Origin: Candidatus Eiseniibacteriota bacterium
GTDB lineage: Bacteria; ARS69
Direction: 5' to 3'
DNA: 53,577 nt
Assembly: GCA_052390515.1 (NCBI GenBank)
Contig: JBQTGV010000014.1
Location: 1 to 53,577 of the forward strand
The position numbers and the translations under genes were made by a program. This document shows positions 1 through 10,309 of the stretch, one piece after another (the stretch's first letter is position 1; each line of letters opens with the position of its first letter). The notes under the pieces were generated by a model. It was not told where the DNA came from. It searched no databases and saw only the letters and a program-made list of their open reading frames with translations.

Positions 1-540
1 GCTCTGCCCTGCGGGCACGAGATCCTCCTCGGCCTCGGACGACCACTCGCCCGCGCGGGACGGAGCCTCGCTCTCGAAGGGATCCTCGGCCGGCAAATCG
101 AAGCCGCGCTCCTCGTGCGCCGGCTCGCGCGTCTCTTCGAACGCTTGCACGAACCGCGGCTCCTGCGGCACGGGCCGCGACGGCGGCGCGGGCGGCTCGG
201 GGCGCAAGTCGAAGCGCTCGGCGCGCGAGAGGGCCGGCTCGGGCGCCGGCGCGATGGGCATGGTCGACGGGGGCTGCTCCTCGGCTTCGGAGAGCGCGTC
301 CAGGATGGGCTGATCGCGGATGAAGTGCTCGATCACTTCCTCGGGTTCCTGGGGCGCCGACCCGTCCTCCCGCGCAAACGCGAGATCGGAGAGCGGGATC
401 CACTCCGGCGCGCCGACCTCGCAGACGAGCGCGCTTTCGAGGATCGCCCCTTCGGCGATCCCCTCCATGATGTGCATCATGCTCATGGGGCCGAGGACCT
501 GTCCGTCCGGGCTCTCGACGTAGTAGAGGATGTCGTCCAT
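1..540 (-). CDS. GYF_2 (DUF4339)-domain protein with acidic/Pro-rich linker, truncated by window edge
   Basis: Manual translation from ATG at 540: MDDILYYVESPDGQVLGPMSMMHIMEGIAEGAILESALVCEVGAPEWIPLSDL..., open to base 1. YY...GP...I.....V...G..EW.PL pattern of GYF_2. Absent from the ORF track because it has no stop in the window. Confidence 0.7.
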   Translation of the reverse strand, partial: MDDILYYVESPDGQVLGPMSMMHIMEGIAEGAILESALVCEVGAPEWIPLSDLAFAREDGSAPQEPEEVIEHFIRDQPILDALSEAEEQPPSTMPIAPAPEPALSRAERFDLRPEPPAPPSRPVPQEPRFVQAFEETREPAHEERGFDLPAEDPFESEAPSRAGEWSSEAEEDLVPAGQS

Positions 541-642
541 CGTGGTCCGATCCGTTTCGCTTCCGGGTTGAGGGGGAGGGCGCGGCCGCGCCCACCTTTC
601 GCTCTCGGTAGGATCGGGCGGGGTGGGTCCGGACTTGACCCC

Positions 643-1335
643 TCAGGACCCCGGCGGAGCCTCGAGTTCCTCGAGCAGAGCGGGCCGGAAGGGCGGCGTC
701 TCGGCCTCGTGGATCTCGTCTCCGAATCCCGCCATGTCCATCAGGAAGTCGAAAACCGCTCCCGAGACCCCCTGGCCGTCGGCTGGAGGGAGGGAGTCCC
801 CCGGGGAATCGCCGCGAAGGCGCCCGCTGATCCAGCCGTCCAGCTCCCGGAACTCCTCGAGGGTCAGCGGCTGGATCGCCATCTCCACTGTCACGAAGTA
901 GCTTTGATCCGAGTTCAAGTCACCCCGAGGGTGGACCTCCAGGGTCCGGGGCGAGAGCCGTTCGAGCGCCGCGTCCAGCGTATCGAACGTCTCGGCGCGG
1001 TTCCGCCCTCCGTCGCCGACGAGCGTGTAGAGCTTCTCCCCGGGGTCGTAGCCCACGCGGAAGCGACGTACGCGGGAGTCGATCTGCTTGTCGAACCAGA
1101 GCTTTCGCTTGCGCCAGAGCTCGACCGTGTACCGGACCGTGATCGGCAGGCCGCTCTGGATCGAGTTCCGCGTCCGCGGGTCGAATCCGGAGTGCAGTCG
1201 GGCCACCACCGCGACCATTCCGTCGCGCAGGCCGAGGTCTTCGAGAACGAGCTGGTCGTCCGCCCGGGTGGGCGACGCCGCGGTCATCGAGAGCGCGGCC
1301 ACCAGGAACGCGGTTACGACCCGGGGATTGGTCAT
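643..1335 (-). CDS. DUF4390 domain-containing exported protein
   Basis: Signal peptide; SGLPITVRYTVELWRKRKLWFD...YDP...Y and F.TLDAALE pattern typical of DUF4390. Confidence 0.75.
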   Translation of the reverse strand: MTNPRVVTAFLVAALSMTAASPTRADDQLVLEDLGLRDGMVAVVARLHSGFDPRTRNSIQSGLPITVRYTVELWRKRKLWFDKQIDSRVRRFRVGYDPGEKLYTLVGDGGRNRAETFDTLDAALERLSPRTLEVHPRGDLNSDQSYFVTVEMAIQPLTLEEFRELDGWISGRLRGDSPGDSLPPADGQGVSGAVFDFLMDMAGFGDEIHEAETPPFRPALLEELEAPPGS

Positions 1336-1411
1336 CGGCGCCGAGGGGTAGGTGCGGTTCGCGCCGCGGACAATACACGGTTTCCGCGGATTCGCCCCCG
1401 CCTCCCCATAT

Positions 1412-1438
1412 TTGACGTGGTCTTCACGGATCCCTCAT
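1412..1438 (+). promoter_or_regulatory. Putative Pho box (3 direct repeats, 11-bp period) upstream of phoB
   Basis: TTGAC at 1412, TTCAC at 1423, CTCAT at 1434, exactly 11 bp apart. Confidence 0.65.
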
Positions 1439-1472
1439 GTTGGGCCCTGAAGCTCCGCGGGAGGAGCCGAGC

Positions 1473-2168
1473 ATGGCGAAAGAGCGGATCCTGGTCATCG
1501 AGGACGAAGCCGACATCGGCGAGCTCATCCAGTACAACCTCGCCCGGGAGGGGTACTGGGTCAGCGTGATCGGCGACAGCGAGGAAGGTTTCGATCGCGT
1601 CCTCAGCGAATCGCCGGATCTCGTCATCCTGGACCTCATGCTCCCCGGCACGGACGGCCTGGAGCTGTGCCGGCGGTTCAAGGAGGATCCGGTCACGCGG
1701 CCGATCCCCATCATCATGGTGACGGCGAAGAGCGAAGAGGCCGACGTCATCGTCGGGCTCGGGGTCGGCGCCGACGACTACGTGCCGAAGCCGTTCAGTC
1801 CGCGCGAGCTCGTCGCGAGAGTGCGCGCCGTGCTGCGCCGCGGGAAGCTCCGGCCCGACGTCTCCGGCCGCGAACGGATCGTCCGCAACGGCCTGACCGT
1901 CGACTCGGTCCGGCACCAGGTGACCGTGGACGGGCGTGACGTGCCCTTCACCGCGACCGAGTTCCGACTGCTGCACGTACTGGCTTCGCATCCGGGTCGC
2001 GCCTTCACCCGCGAGCAGCTCCTCTCCCGCGTGATCGGCGAGGCCGCCGCGGTGACGGATCGCAACATCGACGTGCACGTTCGCACCATCCGCAAGAAGC
2101 TCGGCAAGCTCAGAACTCACATCGAGACCGTCCGCGGCGTCGGGTACCGCTTCCTCGACGAGCGGTGA
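1473..2168 (+). CDS. phoB: PhoB-like OmpR-family response regulator
   Basis: REC domain (ILVIEDE, DLMLPG, GADDYVPKPF) plus winged helix (DVHVRTIRKKL, IETVRGVGY). ATG 1473 follows GAGGAG. Adjacent to phoR and pst genes. Confidence 0.9.
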   Translation: MAKERILVIEDEADIGELIQYNLAREGYWVSVIGDSEEGFDRVLSESPDLVILDLMLPGTDGLELCRRFKEDPVTRPIPIIMVTAKSEEADVIVGLGVGADDYVPKPFSPRELVARVRAVLRRGKLRPDVSGRERIVRNGLTVDSVRHQVTVDGRDVPFTATEFRLLHVLASHPGRAFTREQLLSRVIGEAAAVTDRNIDVHVRTIRKKLGKLRTHIETVRGVGYRFLDER

Positions 2169-2181
2169 TAGGATCGGCGGG

Positions 2182-3972
2182 ATGCTCGGGTCCCGCCTCT
2201 TCTGGCAGATCTATCTCGGCTACGTCGTCCTCGTCCTGGTCAGCGCCGGTCTCGTCGGCGTTCTCGCTGCGCGGGAGATCGAGAGCGAGGTCCGGGAGGA
2301 GACGCGGCTGAGCCTCGAACGCGCGCTCACGCTCGCGCTCGAGGCCGTCGGCGAGGTCCCCTCGAGCCCGGGGCGCGAGGAGCTCGCGCGGCAGCGGGAG
2401 ATCCTCGTTCGCGGCTCCCGCGCGAGCGGCGCGCGCCTCTCGCTCTTCGCCCGGGATCGGACGGTGCTGGCGGACTCGGAATCAGAGCGGCCTGCTGCAT
2501 CGGACGGCGAGATTCGTCCCGAGCTGGAACAGGCCGCCCAGTCCGGAGTGGGCGTGTCGGTTCGTCCGGGTACGGCGCCGGGCTCGCGGGTGATGCATCT
2601 GGCCCGCCGCACGTCCGCTCGCTCGGGGTTCGTCGTCGCGGCGCTGCCTCTCGACGCCGCCGAGGGTCGCCGCGCGGGCCTGCAGCGCGCGGTGGCCGCA
2701 GGCACGGCGCTGGCGGCGGGCATCGCTCTTCTGCTGGCCGTCCCCGTGAGCCGGCGTCTCTCCGCCCCGTTCGCGCGGATGAGCCAGACGGCGCGCTCCA
2801 TCGCCGCCGGCGAGTACCAGAGGCGCCTGGCGATCGACCGGAGCGACGAGATCGGCGCGTTCGCCCACTCGTTCAACGTAATGGCGGGAACGTTGCAGGA
2901 GCGGATCGAGACGCTCACCGAGGAGCGCAACCGCGCTTCCGCCGTCCTCTCCGGAATGGTCGAGGGCGTCGTCGCCGTCGACGCGGAGGAGCGGGTGATC
3001 CACATGAACGAGCCGGCGGGGCAGATCACCGGCAGCGATCCGCGTGAAGCGCTGGGCAGGCCGTTCGCTTCCGTGACGCGCATGCGGGAGATCGTGGAGT
3101 CCCTGCGCGAGACGCTGGCCAGCGGTGTGGAGCGCACCCGCGAGACGCTGTTGCCGGCGCCGGAAGGACACCGCGTGCTGGAGATCCACTCCGCTCCGAT
3201 CCGGGGCAGCGGTCCCGTCGGATCGGGAGCGATCGTCGTCCTGCACGACGTGACCGAGCTTCGCCGGCTGGAAGGGGTGCGCCGCGACTTCGTGGCGAAC
3301 GTGTCGCACGAGCTCAAGACGCCGCTCACCGTGGTTCGCGGAATCGTGGAGACGCTGCTCGACGATCGGGACATGGACGAGGACACCCGGCGCCGGTTCC
3401 TCGACAAGGTGCGCCTGCAAGCGGAGCGGCTCAGCTCCATCGTCTCCGATCTCCTGACGCTGGCCCGGATCGAGCAGCAGGATCCAGCGGCCGGCCGGGA
3501 GCGAATGGACCTGCGGGATCCCGTGCGCGAGTCGGTGCGCGCGCTCGCGCCGTCGGCCGAGTCGCGGGGGGTGCTCCTGTCGGCGGCGGTCTCGGACGAG
3601 CCCGCCGTCGTGCGCGGCGACCGGAGCTCGCTGCGCCTGGCCATCGACAACCTGCTGGACAACGCCGTGAAATACACGCCTCGCGGAGGGAGCGTCGCGC
3701 TGCGTCTCTCCGTGGACGCCGGCGCCGCTTCCGTCGAGGTGCGCGACACCGGCATCGGCATCGACCCCCTGCACGGCGATCGGATCTTCGAGCGCTTCTA
3801 CCGCGTGGACCGCGGGCGATCCCGGGATCTGGGCGGGACGGGTCTCGGGCTGTCCATCGTCCGCAACGCCGTGGAGGCGCACGGCGGCCGCGTCGAGTAC
3901 GAGAGCGAGCCAGGCCGCGGCTCGGCGTTCCGCTTCCGCATTCCGCTCGACGAGCCGGCCACGCCCACTTGA
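2182..3972 (+). CDS. phoR: PhoR-like sensor histidine kinase (TM-HAMP-PAS-HisKA-HATPase)
   Basis: RRDFVANVSHELKTPLT H-box, NLLDNAVKYT N-box, FERFYRVDRGRSRDLGGTGLGLSIV PhoR signature. Confidence 0.92.
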   Translation: MLGSRLFWQIYLGYVVLVLVSAGLVGVLAAREIESEVREETRLSLERALTLALEAVGEVPSSPGREELARQREILVRGSRASGARLSLFARDRTVLADSESERPAASDGEIRPELEQAAQSGVGVSVRPGTAPGSRVMHLARRTSARSGFVVAALPLDAAEGRRAGLQRAVAAGTALAAGIALLLAVPVSRRLSAPFARMSQTARSIAAGEYQRRLAIDRSDEIGAFAHSFNVMAGTLQERIETLTEERNRASAVLSGMVEGVVAVDAEERVIHMNEPAGQITGSDPREALGRPFASVTRMREIVESLRETLASGVERTRETLLPAPEGHRVLEIHSAPIRGSGPVGSGAIVVLHDVTELRRLEGVRRDFVANVSHELKTPLTVVRGIVETLLDDRDMDEDTRRRFLDKVRLQAERLSSIVSDLLTLARIEQQDPAAGRERMDLRDPVRESVRALAPSAESRGVLLSAAVSDEPAVVRGDRSSLRLAIDNLLDNAVKYTPRGGSVALRLSVDAGAASVEVRDTGIGIDPLHGDRIFERFYRVDRGRSRDLGGTGLGLSIVRNAVEAHGGRVEYESEPGRGSAFRFRIPLDEPATPT

Positions 3973-4024
3973 CGAGACCTTCTCCGCGTCTTCACTTTTG
4001 ATCTGGTCTTGACGCTGTCTTCAT
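3969..4024 (+). promoter_or_regulatory. Putative double Pho-box array upstream of phosphate porin
   Basis: TTGAC 3969, TTCTC 3980, TTCAC 3991; then TTGAT 3998, TTGAC 4009, TTCAT 4020. Two triplets, each with an 11-bp period. Confidence 0.7.
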
Positions 4025-4069
4025 GCGCGCCGGCTTTCCTGCACGGGCGCTCAACCAGGGGGACCAGAC

Positions 4070-5272
4070 TTGCAGACGATCAAGCGAAACGCGGCGGCGG
4101 CGCTGGCGCTCGGTTTCATGCTGGCCGTTCCCGCGCAGGCGGATGACCTCGACTTCGAGGCCTCGTGGAGTCACGGCCTCGGTCTCGCGACCGAGGACGG
4201 CTCGACGAAGATCAAGATCGGATTGCAGATCCAGAACGACTGGATCTTCCACCGCGCGGACGACGAGGTCGTCGCCGCCACCGGCGTCGATCCGCAGGAC
4301 GGCACTGAGTTCCGCCGCCTGCGGCTGGTCACGTCGGGCACCATCCAGCACACCGGCGTCTTCAAGCTGCAGCTCGACTTCGCCGGCGGGAAGCCGCAGG
4401 TCAAGGACGCCTACGCCGGAATCCAGAAGATCCCGGGCGTGGGGTCAATCCTGGTCGGGGACCAGTACGAACCGTTCGGCCTGGAGACCCAGACGAGCAG
4501 TCGCTACATCACGTTCCTGGAGCGGAGCCTCGCGAACGGGCTCGCACCGGAGCGGAACAGCGGCATCCTCGCCACGAACTGGTCGGACCGCGCGACGTGG
4601 GCGCTCGGCATCTTCCGCGAGACCGACGGCTTCGGGACGAGCACGGGCGACGGCGAGTACGCCGGCACCGGCCGCGTGGCGGTGCGGCTGCAGAACGCGG
4701 ACGAAGGACGCAAGCTCGTGCACGTCGGGGTCGCCGGCAGCCTTCGCCACCCGCCCGGGGACACCGTGCAGTACTCGCAGACGCCGGAGAACCACCTCGC
4801 CCCGAAGTACGTGAGCACCGGCACGCTCGCCGCGGACCGGGTGCGGCTCGTCGGCCTAGAGGCCGCGACGGTCCAGGGTCCGGTCTCGGTTCAGGGCGAA
4901 TTCATGCAGTCGCGAGTCTCCTCGGCGGACAACACGGATCCTTCCTTCCGCTCGTTCTACGTCGTCGGTTCGGTCTTCCTGACCGGCGAGCATCGCCCCT
5001 TCAAGCCGCAGACCGCCACCTTCGACCGCGTGAAGCCCAGGCGCCCGTACGATGGGAAGGGCGGGGCGGGGGCGTGGGAGGTCGCGGCGCGGTTCTCGCG
5101 GATGGACCTCGAGGACGAGGCGATCGCGGGTGGGGAGCTGGACGACGTCACCGCGGCGCTCAACTGGTACCCGAACGCGAACCTGCGCTGGATGCTCGAC
5201 TACGTGCGGGCGGACCTGTCCGACGTCGGGGTGTCGCACGCCCTGCTGACCCGTTTCCAGGCGGACTTCTGA
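4070..5272 (+). CDS. Phosphate-selective porin, OprO/OprP family
   Basis: Signal peptide; GTEFRRLRL, EPFGLE..TSSRYITFLERS, GAWEVAARFS, LNWYPN motifs; C-terminal F; located in the pho operon. Confidence 0.9.
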   Translation: MQTIKRNAAAALALGFMLAVPAQADDLDFEASWSHGLGLATEDGSTKIKIGLQIQNDWIFHRADDEVVAATGVDPQDGTEFRRLRLVTSGTIQHTGVFKLQLDFAGGKPQVKDAYAGIQKIPGVGSILVGDQYEPFGLETQTSSRYITFLERSLANGLAPERNSGILATNWSDRATWALGIFRETDGFGTSTGDGEYAGTGRVAVRLQNADEGRKLVHVGVAGSLRHPPGDTVQYSQTPENHLAPKYVSTGTLAADRVRLVGLEAATVQGPVSVQGEFMQSRVSSADNTDPSFRSFYVVGSVFLTGEHRPFKPQTATFDRVKPRRPYDGKGGAGAWEVAARFSRMDLEDEAIAGGELDDVTAALNWYPNANLRWMLDYVRADLSDVGVSHALLTRFQADF

Positions 5273-5286
5273 GCGCGGGCGCCCTT

Positions 5287-5313
5287 TTCACGCGTTCTTC
5301 ACGGCGCCTTCAC
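5287..5313 (+). promoter_or_regulatory. Putative Pho box upstream of pstS
   Basis: Perfect TTCAC at 5287, 5298 and 5309 (11-bp period). Confidence 0.75.
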
Positions 5314-5363
5314 TCGTGGCGCGTACTGATGTCCGGAGCCACGCGATGACCAAGGAGATGACC

Positions 5364-6365
5364 ATGCGAAGAACCCACCGGGTCCTCGGGACCCTCACGA
5401 TCGCCGCAGCGCTCGGCGCGGCAGCAGGAGCCGCGTGCGCGGGCGGGAAGCTCAGCGGTTCGATCCACGTCGACGGCTCCAGCACGGTGTTCCCGATCAC
5501 CGAGGCCGTGGCCGAGGAGTTCCGCGGCGTTCAGCCCAACGTGCGCGTGTCGGTCGGCTTCTCCGGAACGGGCGGCGGCTTCAAGAAGTTCGCCGTCGGC
5601 GAGACCGATATCAACGATGCGTCCCGCCCGATCAAGGCCGAGGAGATGGCCAAGGCGGCCGAGCACGGCATCGGGTTCATCGAGCTCCCCGTCGCGTACG
5701 ACGGTCTCTCGGTCGTCGTGAATCCGAAGAACGACTTCGTGGATCACCTCACCGTCGAGGAGCTCCACCGCATCTGGATGGCGGAGAGCCAGGTGAAGAC
5801 CTGGAAGGACGTGCGTCCGGAGTGGCCGGCGGAGAAGATCTCCCTGTACGGAGCCGGCACCGACTCGGGCACGTTCGACTACTTCACCGAGGTGATCAAC
5901 GGCAAGGCGCAGTCTTGCCGGTCCGACTTCACCGCCAGCGAGGACGACAACGTGCTGGTGCAGGGGATCGCGGGCGACCGGTGGTCGCTCGGGTTCTTCG
6001 GCTACGCCTACTACGCGGAGAACCGCGACAAGGTGAGGGCCGTGCCGGTCGACGGCGGTGCCGGCCCGGTGAGCCCGACCAGCGAGACGATCAACAACGG
6101 CACGTACGCCCCGCTCTCGCGGCCGATCTTCATCTACGTCACGACGACCGCGGCGGCACGTCCCGAAGTCAGCTCGTTCGTGAGCTTCTATCTCGAGAGC
6201 GCCCCGCAGCTGGTCTCCGAGGTCGGCTACGTTCCGCTTCCGGACGCCGTGTACGAGCTGGCCGCCAAGCGTTTCGAGGCGCGCGTGCCCGGGACCGTCT
6301 ACGGGGAAGGCGCCCGCGGCAAGACCCTTGCCGAGCTCTTCGCCCTGGGCGCCGAGCGAACGTGA
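5364..6365 (+). CDS. pstS: Phosphate ABC transporter substrate-binding protein PstS
   Basis: [38 protein letters not shown] motifs. ATG 5364 follows AAGGAG. Confidence 0.95.
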   Translation: MRRTHRVLGTLTIAAALGAAAGAACAGGKLSGSIHVDGSSTVFPITEAVAEEFRGVQPNVRVSVGFSGTGGGFKKFAVGETDINDASRPIKAEEMAKAAEHGIGFIELPVAYDGLSVVVNPKNDFVDHLTVEELHRIWMAESQVKTWKDVRPEWPAEKISLYGAGTDSGTFDYFTEVINGKAQSCRSDFTASEDDNVLVQGIAGDRWSLGFFGYAYYAENRDKVRAVPVDGGAGPVSPTSETINNGTYAPLSRPIFIYVTTTAAARPEVSSFVSFYLESAPQLVSEVGYVPLPDAVYELAAKRFEARVPGTVYGEGARGKTLAELFALGAERT

Positions 6366-7291
6366 CCGGAGCGGGCGTCCGCACCGAGCCCCTGCCGGGA
6401 CTGGCCCGGCGGGGGCTCGACGTTCGTGAGAGCCTGGTCCGGGCTGCGCTGCTCCTGTGCGCCGGAGTCTCGGTACTCACCACCGGCGGGATCATCGCCG
6501 TCCTGGCCGTCGAGGCGCTGCCCTTCTTCGGCGACGTGCCGATCCTCGAGTTCTTCGCCGGGACGAAGTGGGCGCCGCTGCTCGAACCACGCTCCTTCGG
6601 GGTGCTGCCGCTCTTCGCCGGCACGATGATGATCGTGGTGGGCGCCGGCCTCGTCGCCATCCCGACGGGCCTCGCCACCGCGATCTACCTCTCGGAGTAC
6701 TCCTCCCCGCAGTTCCGCGGCATCGTCAAGCCGGTGCTGGAGATCCTCGCCGGGATCCCCACGGTCGTGTACGGCTACTTCGCCTTGACTTCCGTGACGC
6801 CGCTCCTGCAGGCCGTCATTCCCTCCACCGAGGTCTTCAACGCCGCCAGCGCGGCCATCGTGGTGGGCATCATGATCCTGCCGATGGTCGCATCCCTGTG
6901 CGAGGACGCGCTCTCCGCGGTGCCGGAGGCGCTGCGTCGGGGTGGGTTCGCCCTCGGGGCGACCCGCGCGGAGGTGACCGTGCACGTCGTCGTACCCTCG
7001 GCGCTCTCCGGGATCATGGCGTCGTTCGTGCTGGCTCTCTCGCGGGCCATTGGGGAGACGATGGCGGTGACGCTGGCCGCGGGCGCCACGCCGAAACTGA
7101 CGCTGAATCCCTTCGAGAGCATCCAGACCATGGGCGCGTACATCGTGCAGATCAGTCTGGGTGACACGCCGCAGGGCACCATCGAGCACCGCACCATCTA
7201 CGCCGTGGGCGCTCTCCTCTTCCTGATCACCCTGGCCATGAACATCCTCGCGCGCCGCATCGTCGAGCGCTTCCGGCTGGCCGCGGAATGA
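6362..7291 (+). CDS. pstC: Phosphate ABC transporter permease PstC
   Basis: [37 protein letters not shown] start overlaps the pstS stop. Confidence 0.95.
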   Translation: MTGAGVRTEPLPGLARRGLDVRESLVRAALLLCAGVSVLTTGGIIAVLAVEALPFFGDVPILEFFAGTKWAPLLEPRSFGVLPLFAGTMMIVVGAGLVAIPTGLATAIYLSEYSSPQFRGIVKPVLEILAGIPTVVYGYFALTSVTPLLQAVIPSTEVFNAASAAIVVGIMILPMVASLCEDALSAVPEALRRGGFALGATRAEVTVHVVVPSALSGIMASFVLALSRAIGETMAVTLAAGATPKLTLNPFESIQTMGAYIVQISLGDTPQGTIEHRTIYAVGALLFLITLAMNILARRIVERFRLAAE

Positions 7292-8166
7292 GCCTGCTCA
7301 CCGGGTCGTCGCTGCACCTGTCCCGTCGCCGCGCGCGCGCCGCGACGTTTCGCCTGTTCTGCGGGGCGATGACCGGCCTCGGAGTCGTTCTCCTGGTCGT
7401 TCTCCTGGCGAGAATCGCCGGCGAAGGCCTGGGCAGCCTCGACTGGCAGTTCCTGTCGTCCTTCCCGTCGCGCTTCCCGGAGAAGGCGGGTATCCTGTCC
7501 GCGCTCGTCGGGACGCTCTGGCTGGTCTCCCTGACAGCGTTGATCTCGGTGCCGGTGGGCGTCGGGGCGGCCCTGTACCTGGAGGAGTTCGCCGGGAGGA
7601 GCCGGTTCGCCCGAATCCTGGAGGTGAACCTGTCGAACCTCGCCGGGGTACCCTCCATCATCTACGGGATGCTGGGGCTGACGCTGTTCGTGCGCGCCCT
7701 GGCGCTCGAGCGGAGCATCCTCTCCGGAGCGCTCACCATGAGCCTGCTGGTTCTGCCGGTGATCGTCGTCTCGTCCCGCGAGGCGATCCGTGTCGTGCCG
7801 ATGTCGTTCCGGCACGCTGCCTACGCGCTCGGCGCCACCCAGTGGAAGACCGTGCGGGATCACGTGGTGCCGGCGGCGTTGCCCGGGATCCTGACCGGGG
7901 TGATCCTGGCGCTCTCCCGGGCCATCGGCGAGACCGCTCCGCTCGTCCTGATCGGCGCGTTCGCGTACGTGGCGTTCGTGCCCGAAGGCCCGATGGACGA
8001 CTTCACCGTGCTCCCCATCCAGATCTTCACCTGGGCGTCCCGGCCGCAGGAGGAGTTCCACCAGCTCGCCGCCGCAGCGATCATCGTGCTGCTCGCCGTG
8101 CTCCTGCTCATGAACGCCACCGCCGTATGGATCCGCCATCGGGCGAGGAAGAACCGACCGTGGTAG
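7288..8166 (+). CDS. pstA: Phosphate ABC transporter permease PstA
   Basis: [32 protein letters not shown] motifs. Confidence 0.95.
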   Translation: MSLLTGSSLHLSRRRARAATFRLFCGAMTGLGVVLLVVLLARIAGEGLGSLDWQFLSSFPSRFPEKAGILSALVGTLWLVSLTALISVPVGVGAALYLEEFAGRSRFARILEVNLSNLAGVPSIIYGMLGLTLFVRALALERSILSGALTMSLLVLPVIVVSSREAIRVVPMSFRHAAYALGATQWKTVRDHVVPAALPGILTGVILALSRAIGETAPLVLIGAFAYVAFVPEGPMDDFTVLPIQIFTWASRPQEEFHQLAAAAIIVLLAVLLLMNATAVWIRHRARKNRPW

Positions 8167-8975
8167 CGACCGCTGCCGAGGACCGGCCGAACCGTTTCGC
8201 CGAGGCCGTCTCCGCGCGCCTGCGGCCCGTGCTGGAGGCGGAGTCCGTCGTGATCCGCTACGGCGAGAAGCCCGCGATCAACGGAGTCTCCCTGGCGATC
8301 CCGGAGAACCGCATCACCGCGGTCATCGGGCCGTCGGGATGCGGCAAGAGCACGCTGATCCGCGCGTTCAACCGCATGAACGAGTTCATCGCCGACGTCG
8401 GGATGGAGGGGCGGATCCTCTACCGCGGAGAGGACCTCTACGCGAAGGAGGTCGACGTGGCGGAGGTGCGCCGGCGCATCGGCATGGTCTTCCAGAAGCC
8501 GAACCCGTTCCCTCGCTCCATCTTCCAGAACGTGGCCTGGGGTCCGTCCATCAACGGCTTGGTGCAGAAGTCGGAGGTACCGGCCCTGGTGGAGCGCTCC
8601 CTCCGCCAGGCCGGCCTGTGGGAGGAGGTCCGCGACCGCCTGAGCGACAACGGCTTCTCCCTCTCCGGCGGACAGCAGCAGCGGCTGTGCATCGCGCGGG
8701 CCCTGGCGCTGGAGCCGGACGTCATCCTGCTCGACGAGCCCTGCTCCGCGCTCGATCCGGTCTCGACGGCGCGGATCGAGGACCTGCTGTTCGAGCTCAA
8801 GCAGAAGTACACGATCGTCATCGTGACCCATAACATGCAGCAGGCGGCGCGCGTCTCCGACTACACCGCGTTCCTGGAGGCCGGCGTGCTCGTGGAGTTC
8901 GGGGAGACCGACGAGGTGTTCACGCGTCCGAAGAAGAAGCGCACCGAGGAGTATGTCACCGGCAGGTTCGGGTAA
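8160..8975 (+). CDS. pstB: Phosphate ABC transporter ATPase PstB
   Basis: [44 protein letters not shown], terminal YVTGRFG. GTG 8160 is the probable start. Confidence 0.95.
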   Translation: MVATAAEDRPNRFAEAVSARLRPVLEAESVVIRYGEKPAINGVSLAIPENRITAVIGPSGCGKSTLIRAFNRMNEFIADVGMEGRILYRGEDLYAKEVDVAEVRRRIGMVFQKPNPFPRSIFQNVAWGPSINGLVQKSEVPALVERSLRQAGLWEEVRDRLSDNGFSLSGGQQQRLCIARALALEPDVILLDEPCSALDPVSTARIEDLLFELKQKYTIVIVTHNMQQAARVSDYTAFLEAGVLVEFGETDEVFTRPKKKRTEEYVTGRFG

Positions 8976-8984
8976 GGGGGAACG

Positions 8985-9686
8985 ATGTCGAAGCACCTGC
9001 AACGCGACCTGGACTACCTGAAGCGCGACATCCTGGAGATGGGGCGCCTGGCCGAGGAGGCGATGGCCGCCGCCGTCGACGCGGTGTTCGACCGCCGCGT
9101 CGCCACGGCCGAGCGGGTCATCCAGGGCGACGAGATCCTGGACACCAAGGAAGTGGAGGTGGAGGCCGAGTGCCTCAAGATCCTCGCGCTCCACCAGCCG
9201 GTCGCGGCCGACCTGCGCTTCCTGGTGGCGGTTCTCAAGGTGAACAACGACCTCGAACGCGTCGGCGACCTGGCCAAGAACATCGCCGAGCGCGCGCTCG
9301 ACCTGGCCCGCGCCGGCTGGACGCAGGCTCCGTCGAAGGAACTGCGCCGGATGATGCAGCGCGTGCAGTCCATGCTGACCCGCAGTCTGGACGCACTCGT
9401 GCGGCTCGACCCGCAGCTCGCGCGGTCGGTCTGCCGCGACGACGACGAGGTGGACCTGCTCCTCAAGGAGATCTTCGACGCGGTCTCGAAGGCCATCATA
9501 CAGGATCCGCAGAACGTCCGATTGTTCATCGCGACGCTCTCGGTGGCCCGCTACCTTGAGCGGATCGCCGACCAGACCACGAACATCGCGGAGGACGTGG
9601 TCTTCCTGGTCGAGGGCGAAGTCATCCGGCACGGCGGCGGCGGGCAGGACAACATCGTTCCCCTGCCTCGGGATCGCTCGGCCTGA
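8985..9686 (+). CDS. phoU: Phosphate signalling protein PhoU
   Basis: QPVAADLR, DLERVGDLAKNIA, LERIADQTTNIAEDV repeats. Confidence 0.95.
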   Translation: MSKHLQRDLDYLKRDILEMGRLAEEAMAAAVDAVFDRRVATAERVIQGDEILDTKEVEVEAECLKILALHQPVAADLRFLVAVLKVNNDLERVGDLAKNIAERALDLARAGWTQAPSKELRRMMQRVQSMLTRSLDALVRLDPQLARSVCRDDDEVDLLLKEIFDAVSKAIIQDPQNVRLFIATLSVARYLERIADQTTNIAEDVVFLVEGEVIRHGGGGQDNIVPLPRDRSA

Positions 9687-9727
9687 TCTCGACGGCCCGC
9701 TCCGGGCCGCGTATCGTCCCGCGCGTC

Positions 9728-10309
9728 GTGCGAGGTCTCCCCGTTCTCCTTCTGCTCGCCCCGAGCGTGGCCTTCGGGGCGAAGGCCGCCCCGGCCGCGC
9801 CGTACTCCACCCTGCGCGTCACCATCGCGGGGCTGCTCGTCTCCGCGCACGACGAGTCCGAGGCGTGGTTCGATCCGGGGCGCGGCCTGGAGCTCGCCGT
9901 GGCCACTCCCTTCCACGCCGGTTCGCTCGAGGCCGGAGTGAGCCACCACCCGACCGAGGCGCGAAGCCGGCCGCTCCCGGACTACGGCACCTGGTTCGTC
10001 TTCTTCGGATGGGGCGGCGAGCTCCAGCTCGGCCCGCGCGTGCGTGCGCAGGTCGGCATTCGCCCGGGCATCGCGTTCTTCCGCTTCCGCCGGTCGGTCG
10101 CCTTTCCCGGCTCCGGCAAGTCCGAGAGCGAGTTCGCGCTGGGAGCTGGCGCGGCGCTCTCCGTCGACGTCGGCGCGGGCTGGTCGGTGGGAGTCGCCGC
10201 GCGCGAGCGCCGCATCCTCACGCACGAGCGGCTCCAGCAGCACGTTCTCGCCGCCGAGCTCTCCCGCACGTTCGGGACGCCCGCGTGGCTGCGCGCGGTG
10301 CTGGAGTGA
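9728..10309 (+). CDS. Hypothetical exported protein, probable small outer-membrane beta-barrel
   Basis: Signal peptide and about 8 amphipathic Gly/aromatic strands. Stop overlaps the start of the next gene. Confidence 0.55.
   Translation: MRGLPVLLLLAPSVAFGAKAAPAAPYSTLRVTIAGLLVSAHDESEAWFDPGRGLELAVATPFHAGSLEAGVSHHPTEARSRPLPDYGTWFVFFGWGGELQLGPRVRAQVGIRPGIAFFRFRRSVAFPGSGKSESEFALGAGAALSVDVGAGWSVGVAARERRILTHERLQQHVLAAELSRTFGTPAWLRAVLE

Noticed and set aside
115-1569. 484-aa plus-strand ORF and many other long antisense or alternate-frame ORFs (e.g. 26828-30061, 20982-23432, 34644-37130, 46379-48538, 49678-51816)
   Set aside because: Arg/Gly/Pro-rich shadow frames opposite well-supported genes, expected at this GC content; no domain motifs.
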